Part shown: positions 25,680 to 37,700 of the stretch, piece by piece | Numbering within the stretch: position 1 is the stretch's first letter | Layout: every line of letters begins with the position of its first letter | NCBI GenBank assembly: GCA_020137815.1 | Contig: CM035362.1 | Coordinates: 5,146,001 to 5,210,000 of the forward strand | Direction: 5' to 3' | DNA from: Hormiphora californensis | Taxonomy: Eukaryota; Animalia; Ctenophora | Length of the DNA stretch: 64,000 nucleotides | Translations under genes and position numbers: made by a program | The notes under the pieces: generated by a model | Told to the model about the DNA's origin: nothing | The model's database searches: none | Seen by the model: only the letters and a program-made list of their open reading frames with translations

Positions 25680-27072
25680 ATGGCAAAGAGAAATCTTAGA
25701 TCTGGTACTGGAGAGTCAGCAGAAATCGTCTCCAAATCGGCTAGAAAGTTTGTAATTCCTACCCTCCTGAAAACAGAACAAATTGATGTGGAAAGCAATA
25801 TCAAGCCTGAAATTCTCACTTCCTGCACCGACTCCAAGAGTTCCAATATTACAATTTCCTCAGATAACATTTTAACATTCACATGCGGTGGCTGTGGTGC
25901 ATCAGGTATTCACCATTTGGGTTTAGAGTACCGACTAGTTAGAACAGCCACGTTGGTGGAGGTTGGTACTCAAACTGGTGATGAGTCAAGTTCCTCTGAG
26001 ATTCCTGTCGAGACGTCCAATGCTCGATCCTTGGATGACCAAAACAATCCTGTCTCAGTTCCTACTTCTTCTGCTGCTTCACCAATTGTTGTGTCTTCTG
26101 ATAATGGTAAGCGTCAGACTACTTTCACTTTCATCTTGTTTAATGTTTTTTATTCTTTAATTGTGTTTATTTCTTGTTTTGTACAAACGCGGGGCACGCG
26201 AATAACAGTCTAACTTGGCAATTTATTTCATGTAAAACAGGATCAGGAGGCGATAAATCCTAATGTGTTATTTGAAGTTCTAACCCTCCTTTTTATTTTC
26301 AGAAGATACTTCAGAAGATGAGGATTGCTCTGACTCAGATGAAGAGGAATCTCCGTTGTTCAATGGGACAGATGAGCAGAGTTTCCAGTGTAAAATCAAA
26401 GTGTGTTCGGTTTTGAAACCAACGGAGGAGGACTTGTTCGAGCACGTTAGAATTGATCACTCAGACAGAAAATACCGGTGCAATGTTTGTCCAATGGCTT
26501 TTAAGCAACCCAGCGCCCTAACTCAACACAGCCTGATCCACAGTGGAGATAAACCTTACCAATGTGACGTGTGTGGAATGAAGTTTTTACTAAAACCTAA
26601 TTTGGTAAAACATCAGTTATTGATCCATAACGTGAAAAAGACAGTTGCTTGTCGATTTAAAAGCTGTGGATTAGGATTCCCCAACAACAACGAGTTATAT
26701 GACCACATCAGAACTGCACATCCGAGAGAGAAATTCCAGTGCGATAAGTGCCCTTACTCTTTTAAGTTTCAATCCCAACTAATCCGTCATAATCGAATCC
26801 ATACTGGAATTAAACCATACGAATGTGAGGTGTGTGGTAAAAGATTTTCTCAGTTAGGTCATTATAAATCACATTTTAATTTACATACTGGAGAGCGTCC
26901 ATTCAAATGTGATGTCTGTGGTAAAGCATTTTCTCGAGCAGAGAATATGAAGACGCATATGAGGACACACACTGGCGAGAAACCTTTTTCTTGTTCTCAC
27001 TGTGGGAAATATTTTACTAGAAAATCACACCGAAAAGTTCATGAGGTTTTCTGTTCTGCGAGCCAGAATTAA
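25680..27072 (+). CDS. C2H2 zinc-finger protein, copy 1 (exons 25680-26106, 26303-27072)
   Basis: Phase-1 GT-AG intron joins the N-terminal domain (CGGCG, VGTQT) to an acidic linker and tandem C2H2 fingers with TGEKPF linkers. Confidence 0.9.
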
Positions 27073-27282
27073 TAATTGAGAGTTTAGAAAGCTGTGTGCT
27101 GTGTGTAGCAAGGGTATTAATACTGATATGTTTCTAAGATAAATTTGCTTGATTCTTGGCGGTCCACTGTTATGCGATTATAATGATATTTTTATTCTTT
27201 AAATTTTGATGTTCGTTTCTTTGGTGACCACTATCTTTACTGATTGATAAAATCCTAAAATCTCCCTTTCTCCCATCAAGGT

Positions 27283-29051
27283 ATGGCTAAAAGAAAACGT
27301 GGGAGTCGTTCTTCAGGAAGTCCAACTAAAAAGGTCACAAAATCAGCTGAAAAGTTTGATATTCCTGCCCTCCTGAAAACGGAACAAATTGAGGTGGAAA
27401 GCAACATCAAACCTGAAATTCTCACACCCTGCACCGACTCCAAGAGTTCCAATATTACAATTTCCGCAGATAACATTTTAACATTCACATGCGGTGGGTG
27501 TGGTGCATCAGGTATTCACCATTTGGGTTTAGAGTACCGGCTAGTTAAAACAGGAATATTAGTGGAAGTTGGTACTCAAACTGGAGATGAGTCAAGTTCC
27601 TCTGAGATTCCTGTCGAGAAGTCCAATGCTCGATCCTTGGATGACCAAAACAATCCTGTCTCTGGTCCTGCTTCTTCTGCTGCTTCTACAATTGTTGTGT
27701 CTTCCGATAATGGTAAGCGTCAGACTACTTTTACTTTCAACTTGTTTAATGTTTTTTATTCTTTAATTGTGTTTATTTCTTGTTTTGTACAAACGCGGGG
27801 CGCACGAATAACAGTCTAACTTGGCAATTTATTTCATGTAAAACAGGATCAGGAACCGATAAATCCTAATGTGTTATTGGAAGTTTTAACCCTCCTTTTT
27901 TATTTTCAGAAGATACTTCAGAAGATGAGGATTGCTCTGACTCAGATGAAGAGGAATCTCCGGGTGAATCTGGTGGTGAGGAAGAGGTTAGCAGCTCTGA
28001 AGATGACATGATGTTGGGTCTTACAGATGAGACACTCAGTGATTCCAGTGAAGAAGAAGAAGAAGAAGAAGAAGGAGTTAGGCAGAGTTCTTCCCAGAAA
28101 CCCAGCCCTACAAAACGCCCTGTTTGCCATTCACAAATGCTAGCTCGTCACTCCCTTGTTAACGAGCCGGCTACTTCCAATCTTTCTTCTCGTCGGAAAT
28201 CTGCGAGGAATATGCAAACTAAAACCAAACTAATCCTGGACCCTTCTTTTGCAACTGATACCCATCCAAATCGGGCCAATTCTAATCGAGCGTCCACTAG
28301 TGGCAAATATAGGAAGCAGTCGTCCAAAATTTCCAACGAAACTGATGAGCAGAGTCCGTGTTTTCATTGTAAAATCAGAGGGTGTTCAGTCGTAAAATCA
28401 TCGGAGAAGGACTTGTTCGAGCACGTTCGAAATGATCACTCAGACAGAAAATACCGGTGCGATGTTTGTCCAATGGCTTTTAAGCAACCCAGCGCCCTAA
28501 CTCAACACAGCCTGATCCACAGTGGAGATAAACCTTACCAATGTGACGTGTGTGGAATGAAGTTTTTACTAAAACCTAATTTGGTAAAACATCAGTTATT
28601 GATCCATAACGTGAAAAAGACAGTTGCTTGTCGATTTAAAAGCTGTGGATTAGGATTCCCCAACAACAACGAGTTATATGACCACATCAGAACTGCACAT
28701 CCGAGAGAGAAATTCCAGTGCGATAAGTGCCCTTACTCTTTTAAGTTTCAATCCCACCTAATCCGTCATAATCGAATCCATACTGGAATTAAACCCTACG
28801 AATGTGAGGTTTGTAAGAAGAAATTTGCTACTAACAGTTCCTATAAAGAACATCTTAATTTACATACTGGAGAGCGTCCATTCAAATGTGATGTCTGTGG
28901 TAAAGCATTTTCTCGAGTAGATAGTTTAAGGGTGCATATGAGAATCCACACTGGTGATCAACCATTTGCATGTTCTCAATGTGGAAAACAATTTACTCAT
29001 AATAATAGAAGACAACTCCATGAGGCTTCCTGTTCTGCGAGCAAGAATTGA
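27283..29051 (+). CDS. C2H2 zinc-finger protein, copy 2 (exons 27283-27712, 27910-29051)
   Basis: Same intron and phase as copy 1; intact frame; C2H2 array. Confidence 0.9.
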
Positions 29052-29261
29052 GAATTGAGAGTTTAGAAAGTTGGTTGCTGTGTGTAGCAAGGGTATTTAT
29101 ACTGATATGTTTCTAAGATAAATTTGCTTGATTCTTGGCGGTCCACTGTTATGCGATTATAATGATATTTTTATTCTTTAAATTTTGATGTTCGTTTCTT
29201 TGGTGACCACTATCTTTACTGATTGATAAAATCCTAAAATCTCCCTTTCTCCCATCAAGGT

Positions 29262-29995
29262 ATGGCTAAAAGAAAACGTGGGAGTCGTTCTTCAGGAAGT
29301 CCAACTAAAAAGGTCACAAAATCAGCTGAAAAGTTTGATATTCCTGCCCTCCTTAAAACGGAACAAATTGAGGTGGAAAGCAACATCAAACCTGAAATTC
29401 TCTCACCCTGCACCGACTCCAAGAGTTCCAATATTAAACTAACCTTACTCAGCACAACCTGGTGCACAGTGGAGATAAACCTCACCAATGTGACGAGTGT
29501 GGTATGAAATTTACTCAAAAAGTTAGTTTAACGAAACATCGGCATTCAATTCATAACGAGAACACTATAGTTTTTTGCCGACACCAAAATTGTGGAGTGA
29601 GATTACCCAAAAGCGAGTTATATGAGCACATCAGGTCTGCACATCCGAAAGAGAAGTTGCAGTGTGATAAGTGTCCTTACTCTTTTAAGTTTCAGTCAGA
29701 ACTGAGCCGTCATAATCGAAGCCATACTGGAATTAAACCATATGAATGTAAGGTTTGTGGTAAAACGTTTTCTCAGTCCAGAAATTATACTCGGCATTTA
29801 AAGGTGCATACTCGAGAGCGTCCATTTAAATGTGATGTCTGTGGTAAGACCTTTTCTGAAGCAGGTGATTTGAGGAGGCATATGAGGACACATACTGGTG
29901 AGAAACCATTTGCTTGTTCTAACTGTGGGAAATATTTTACCCAAAATCATAACAGAAAAGCTCATGAGGTTTCCTGTTTTCCGAAAAACAATTAA
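29262..29995 (+). pseudogene. C2H2 ZF copy 3, internally deleted and out of frame
   Basis: Exon 1 breaks off at ~29436 and runs directly into finger sequence in another frame. Confidence 0.75.
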
Positions 29996-30204
29996 CAGTT
30001 GATAATTTTGAAGGTTGTGTGGCATGCCGCATGTGTACCAACTGCAGTATTTGAAGTCTTTTTTGAGATAATAAATAAAATGTATGTTTCAATTCTTGGC
30101 GGTCCTAATTTTATATTAACAGTTTTATCGATTATATAATGCTATTTTGTATCTCAAAAATTACTGATTAAAAATCTGAAAACCTCTTTTTCTCCCATCA
30201 AGGT

Positions 30205-31921
30205 ATGGCGAAAAGAAAACGTCGTTCTTCAGGAAGTCCAACTGAAAACGTCACAAAATCAGCTGAAGAGTTTGAAATTCCTGCCCTTTTGAAATCAGAA
30301 CAAATTGAGGTGGAAAGCAACATCAAACCTGAAATTCTCTCACCCTGCACCGACTCCAAGAGTTCCAATATTACAATTTCCTCAGATAACATTTTAACAT
30401 TCACATGCGGTGGGTGTGGGGTATCAGGTAATCACCATTTGGGTTTCGAGTACCGGCTAGTTAAAACTGCAATGTTATTGGAAGTTGGTACTCAAACTGG
30501 AGATGAGTCAAGTTCCTCTGAGATTCCTGTCGAGACGTCCAATACTCGATCCTTGGATGACCAAAACAATCCCGTCTCTGGTCCTGCTGCTTCTGCTGCT
30601 TCTACAATTGTTGTGTCTTCTGATAATGGTAAGCGTCAGACTAGTGATAGTCTGAGACTACTTTCACTTTCATCTTGTTTTTATTCTTTAATTGTGTTTA
30701 TTTCATGTAAAACAGGATTAGGAGCTGATAAATCCTAATGTGTTATTGGAAGTTCTAACCCTCCTTTTTATTTTCAGAAGATACTTCAGATGATGAGGAT
30801 TGCTCTGACTCTGATGAAGAGGAATCTCCGTGTGAATCTGGTGAGGAAGAAGTTAGCAGCTCTGAAGATGACATGATGTTGGGTCTTACAGATGCGACAC
30901 TGAGTGATTCCAGTGAAGAAGAAGAAGAAGGAGTTCAGCAGAGTTCTTCCCAGAAACCCACCTCTCCAAAACTCCCTGTACCCCAGTCACAAATGCTAGC
31001 TCGTCACTCCCTTGTTAACGAGCCGGCTACTTCCAATCTTTCTTCTTGTCGGAAATCTGTGAGGAATATGCAAACTAAAACCAAACTAATCCTGGACCCT
31101 TCTCTTGCAACTGAAACCCATCCAAATCGGGCCAATTCTAATCGAGCGTCCATTAGTGGCAAATATAGGAAGCAGCGTCGTCCAAAATTTCCAACGAAAC
31201 TGATGAGCAGAACAATCTAGCAAACGAGCAATGTTTCCGGTGTAAATTCAGAGGGTGCCCGGTTTTCAAACTAACGGAGCAGGACTTGTTCGAGCACGTT
31301 AGAATTGATCATGCAGATAGGAAATATCGGTGTAAAGTTTGTCCTATGGCTTTCATAATTCCTAGTTTATTAACTAAGCACAGGCGCCTGGTGCACAGGG
31401 TAGATAAACCTCACCAATGTGACGATTGCGGAAAGAGGTTTAAAATTAAATCTAACTTAGATAGCCATCAGTTGATTCATAACGAGGAAAGGGAAGTGTC
31501 TTGCTTTTATAAATATTGTGGAGTGATAGTACCTAGGAACGCGATGAACGAGCACATCAGAACTTCTCACGCGAAGGAGAAGTTCCAGTGTGATATTTGT
31601 CCAATGAGTTTCAAGACTTTTCAGAGTTTAACTTTACATGAACAGAAACATACTGGAATTAAACCATACGAATGTGAGCTGTGCGGGAAGACGTTTTCTC
31701 AATGTAGTAATTATAAAAGACATTACATTTCGCATACTGGAAAGCTTCCATTTGAATGTGATGTCTGTGGTAAATCATTTTCCCGATCTGATACTATGAG
31801 GATCCATATGAGGACACACACTGGCAAGAAACCATTTGCATGTTCTCACTGTGGGAAAACTTTTGCCCAGAATTCAAACAGAAAATTTCATGAGATTTCC
31901 TGTTCTGCGAGCCAGAATTAA
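30205..31921 (+). pseudogene. C2H2 ZF copy 4 (exons 30205-30628, 30778-31921) with a frameshift
   Basis: 2-bp insertion near 31175 versus copy 2 (AAGCAGCGTCG vs AAGCAGTCG) gives a stop at 31220; fingers continue in another frame. Could be an assembly error. Confidence 0.7.
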
Positions 31922-32116
31922 CAATTGAGAGTTTTGAAAGTTGTGTGCTGTGTGTAGCAACTGGTATTTATACTGATTATATGTTTCTAAGATAAATTTG
32001 CTTGATTCTTGGCGGTCCACTGTTAAGCGATTATAATGATATTTTTATTCTTCAAATTCTTATGGTTCTTACTTTGGTGACCACTATCTTAACAATTCCC
32101 TTTCTCCCATCAAGGT

Positions 32117-34643
32117 ATGGCGAAAAGAAAACGTGAGAGTCCAACTAAAAATGTCACAAAATCAGCTGAACAGTTTGATATTCCTGCTCTCCTGAAAACG
32201 GAACAAATTGAGGTGGAAAGCAACATAAAACCTGAAATTCTCACACCCTTTACCGACTCCAAGAGTTCCAATATTACAATTTCTGCGGATAACATTTTAA
32301 CATTCACATGCGGTGGTTGTGGGGCATCAGGTATTCACCATTTGGGTTTAGAGTACCGACTAGTTAGAACAGCCACATTGGTGGAGGTTGGTACTCAAAC
32401 TGGTGATGAGTCAAGTTCCTCTGAGATTCCTGTCGAGACGTCCAATGGCATCTCTGCTATCTCGGCCCCGGTCCCGGTTATCCCAGAGAGCTCAGCAACC
32501 AACAACCCGGTAAGTGTGCAAATAATTAGGTTTTTACTTCGTGTTCTCTTTCCTTCACTTTTATAATCTTAGCTCTCCTAGACCGGCCCATCAAGTTGTC
32601 CTCTTTCTTTCTCTAAATCTCTAACCAATACACCCTCTCTATACCTTCTTATTATATTAGTAAATAAATATCTTCCTAGGCTGAAGGAAGATCGCCATCT
32701 GTACAGGCATTTGTTGATGACCTAAACAAAAAATTGGCGGCCTGCAAGGATGTACAGTCAGTAACTTCGTGTACCGATATCAGGATGGCGGTAAGTTTGT
32801 CATCAGGAACCGACCGAATCAGGTAATACTGGTCCCTGATTGGCTGATAACCAGTCACGTGACCTTAATAACGAGCTCTGATTGGTTGTTTACTTGTTTC
32901 GGTCGGTTTCTGTTTGTCATCATGAGTAGTAGGTAAAATAGCCCCGCTGTACCACCTAAAAGTGTGGCACACCATATTTGGGCATATGACGTCATCACAT
33001 ACCCAAATATGGTCATATGACGTCACATCACGTGACTTATCACGTGCTTTTATCATATCATGTGACATGATCACGTGTTTATCATGTGACATGGTCACAC
33101 GGTCACGTGACTTTAGTCATCGACTGACCAAATATGGTCATGTATGATGTCACCACATGATTTTCCTCGGTTGGCTGTCAGCTGTGCACCAGGTGTAGTA
33201 ATTGATCTGTGTATCAAGTTCGAGAGTGTGAGAGTGAGAGAGAGAGAGAGAGAAAAAGAGAGAGGGATAGATATTCAACATACTATGAAATAATCAAACA
33301 TGCTCAATTCAAATCACCTAATCCTTCTCTTCTCCTATCCTCTTAGCAACCGAAACATCCATGATGACCGAAAGAAAGACTCTGAATATCGAACAGCTTC
33401 ACCGGAAAGCCTTGTCAGCGGCGAGCAAAAATATAACCAAAAACTCGCAGAAATCATGGAAAGAAACTAAATCTTCCCAAAAAGAGGATCAAAACAGGTC
33501 ATATGATAAAATACCCGTTGGGGAAAATGATGGTGTATCTCTCTCTCTCTCGTTCAGCGACTGTGAATGTTCATTAATGATTAATGATCATTTTCAGATA
33601 ATTTTGGAGTGGAGACAAACACACAACTCTTCAAAAGAAACAAAAATTAATCGAAACTTTTCATATAACTTTACGAAAATGCAAAACCATCGATGTAGGA
33701 AAATCTCTCGAATCATCTTCTGAAAACTCAAAAAGCTTGTTCATATTATCACAAATTACAAACTGTATTTCACTCAAATTGACAAATCTCACTTTGAAAT
33801 AAGAAGGGTTTACAAATTCATAATGATTGTACCCCAATTTTTGCTCGAATGGGAACATAGCGAAAAATCTCGAGTCATGTTCATTTATTTGTCTATAGTC
33901 CGTGTATGCATGTGGTACAATGTTTGAATAGATATATCCAAGCTTTGCATGCCTCGGAAAGTCTTCTATTTTACCCGAAATTTTTGGTGGTAAAAGGTGG
34001 AATGGACTGTTTTCCATGTAAGTCTTAAAAAACCTCAAAACACTATTTTCACTCGTTGCAAATCCTTTAGTGGAATGACGATACTCCAGAGTACATACAT
34101 GTGTTGTTTCATCTGCAAAGTACTCTGGGATAGGCCAATGATCAGAACCATTCACCAGATTTTCCTTTTCTTCAGAGCTTATCGCCTTTTGCATTGCTAG
34201 TAGTAATTGTGCTCCGTTTCGATAATACCCAGGTGGAATTGAGTAATCTCTGGATTCATAATCCTGTTCCCTTTCGGATACCAAAAAGTGATTATTACCC
34301 TTGGTTACGTTAAATGTTGATGAAGGAGCGTGACTTATACTTTTTACAGCTACTTCATAGTCTCCATTCAAGTCTAATGCATTCTCCGATCGAAAGATAA
34401 ATTTACTGGGATTTTGTTTATAACTAGTAGCGATAAGGTACATGATTATAACTACTACTTGCATACGATTACATCCACGTTTCTTTTGAATTGAGTTTTA
34501 TGTGCTTAAATACTAATTACTCCACCATATTTGAACATATGAGGTCTACACATATCCAAATATGAACATATGACGTCACATGATCACGTGGTCATGTAAC
34601 TATGGTTCATATTTAGACATATGACGTCACCACATGGCATATT

Positions 34644-34732
<89 letters not shown>

Positions 34733-37700
34733 CAGAGACAGAGACAGAGACAGAGACAGAGACAGAGAAATAGAGAGACATCATACGAGATTCCGTGTGG
34801 GAGCGGTTCGTTTAGTGGACTGAGAGGGGGAGAGAGAGATAGAGAGATAGAGAGAGAGAGTTCCTTCTATTATATTATCATATTAATTATTGTATCCCTT
34901 TACATCTGTTCATTATCTTTTACTCACTCGACTTGATGTTGCTCTAGTTCTCTGTCTGCTGACCAAATGGATCCAATAACCCTTTTGATTTTGCTGGTTA
35001 TCTTCTTCATGCATCCTTACTTGACTAGACAGAAATCTGTGAAGTGTACAGTATGCGGAAAGACCATGAGGAAGGATACTCTTGGACGACACATGAAGAC
35101 TCATAATCCAACTGAAGAATGTCGTTTTTGTAAGAAACAAATTCGGGAGGATCGGTTGACTCACCATGAGACACTATGTCAAGATAAAGTCGACGAGAGT
35201 GTGTGTGATAGGGTTACAGGTGTTCATGAGCATATGGATGATTCAGTGGAAACACTCCCACAGTGCAGCTCAGTTTCTGGATTTTTCCGATCCTACGAGT
35301 TAAATGTGGAGAAAAGCATTGACTACGATAAAATAATTGAGGACACTTGTAGTGCTGTAAAGCACATCGTCACAGAGTCTGTCAAGAGACACCCGATAAA
35401 GGCACAGATCTCTATCTCTCTTTCCTTTTACAAAGATGTGGATGGTCAGAGAAATGGGTCAGAAAAAGTATTCCGATCACAGTGTGAACCCATAATAGCT
35501 GGTGACAATGTTGACGAGTTTCTCAAACGGGCAGCTGTGATCATTCGACATGGAATTGACGTATACGAACGATTTGGAAGTGGGTGGATTTTTGACAATC
35601 ACCAGTGTTCCAAACTTGAGCTGGCCAAATACTCACCACTATCGGGGTGTGGTTTTGTCACGCTCCCAAAGAAGCTGAGAGATATGCGATCGGTCTTAAA
35701 CATCCGTTCAACTGATAATCGTTGCTTCCTCTATTGTCTTTTGGCTCACCTATTCCCGGTAAAAAGTCATCCAGATAGGTATACAAAGTATCTGGACCAT
35801 GTACACAAAGTTGAAATGGGAGGTGTTAAGTTTCCTGTGAAACTAAGGGAAATTCGAAAGGTGGAACATCAAAACAATCTTTCTATCTCTGTATTTCAGT
35901 GGTCTAACGATGGTGGAGGTTCTGTTATACCCTTGAAACATGGTAGTGGAAAGGGTACCCAGATCGATCTCCTTGTTATCGAGGGTGGAAATTCATCACA
36001 CTACCTGTTGATAAAGAACTTCAACAACTTCATGAGACATCGAACTAAATACCACCACACCATGTTCTATTGTCGAAAATGCCTCCATGGGTTTGTCAAC
36101 AAGAGGAAACAACGAGATCATTCTACTCTATGCCTCCAGGGAATCAACCAGATTACCGTTATGCCTCAGCCGGGTGTTATCAGTTTTACAGAAAAACACA
36201 AGGGTGAAAAGAAGGCTTTCGTGATCTACGTAGACTTTGAGTGTGTTTTACAGAGAGTTGACTCTTCTGATTCCAACCGCTCGGTCACCAAGACGGAGAA
36301 ACACCTTCCATGTAGTTTCTCCATCGTCTCGTCTTCTGTTTTCGAGAACTACAACGAGGAGGAAATTGTCTTCTCGGATCCCGACCCAGCCAAAGTGACC
36401 CACCAGTTTGTCAGCGAGTTGCTGCGTATCTATACTACAATGATGGAATGTCAATCAACTAATGACTTTCCTATACACATGAGTGATCACGATGAGCAGG
36501 TGTTTAAGAATTCAATAAACTGTCACATTTGTGGTAAGGAACTTATGTGGGGATCGACAAAAAACTATCCTGTCAGGGATCATGACCACCGTCAGGAGCA
36601 TAACAACTTCCGGGGGGCTGCATGTAACATCTGCAACAGAAACTATTACAATCGTAGTCGGAAGGTTCCTGTTTTGGCTCACAATCTCAAAGGCTACGAT
36701 TTAAACCTTTTCCTGAGAGATCTAATACAATTTGTGTATAAGGAAGAGGAAGAGTTTGATGAAGTGGAGGGTCTCGACGAGGAGGATGAGCTCGGTGATG
36801 TGGACTTGGTTAATCCAAAGAAAAAGGACAGCATGTCCATCATCCCTGAAAACCTTGAAAAGATAAAGGCAATATTCACAAAAAAGTTCATTTTTCTTGA
36901 TTCTCTTGCCTTTCTATCCGCTCCTCTGACAACATTGGTTAAGAATCTCAAATCATCTGGACTGGAGAAGTTTCACCGCCTTCGTAAGAAATTCCCAGAC
37001 CATTTAGATATATTGACTGATAAGGGTGTCTATTGCTATGAGCATGTTCAAAAGTTTGAGGATTTGGAATTACCACATCTCCCTGCTAAGGATGCGTTCT
37101 ATAGTCATCTCACTGAGTCAAATATCACAGACGAGGATTACGTGCGAGCACAGACTGTTTTCAGAGAAATGAATTGCACCTCGCTCCTGGATTACATGAG
37201 AATCTATGTGTTGGTTGACACCCTCCAACTAGCTGACATATTTGAGAATTTTAGGGAGTTGTGTCTGACGTGGTATCAATTGGATCCAGTACACTACCTT
37301 AGTCTACCAGCATTCGGATGGTCAGCCATGCTCAAGATGACAGATGTCAACCTCGAAAAGATTACTGATATTACTCAATATACTTTCATTGAAGAAAGTT
37401 TACGAGGTGGGGTAACCACTGTGAATTGTCGTTACCACAAGGCCAACAATCCCTACCTGGATAACTATGACCCTCAAGTAGACACAACCTACATTCATTA
37501 CATCGACTGTAATAACCTGTGAGTGAGATATGATCTGAATTTACCTATACCTTATCCCAAACATTATCACATTTTTTATTACTTCATCGGTATAATTTAC
37601 CAACATCAACACTTGTATTTTCAGGTATGGTGATTCTATGAATCAGCCTCTACCAACTGGTGATTTCAAATGGTTGAAAAAAGAGGAGATTAAGGCGTTT

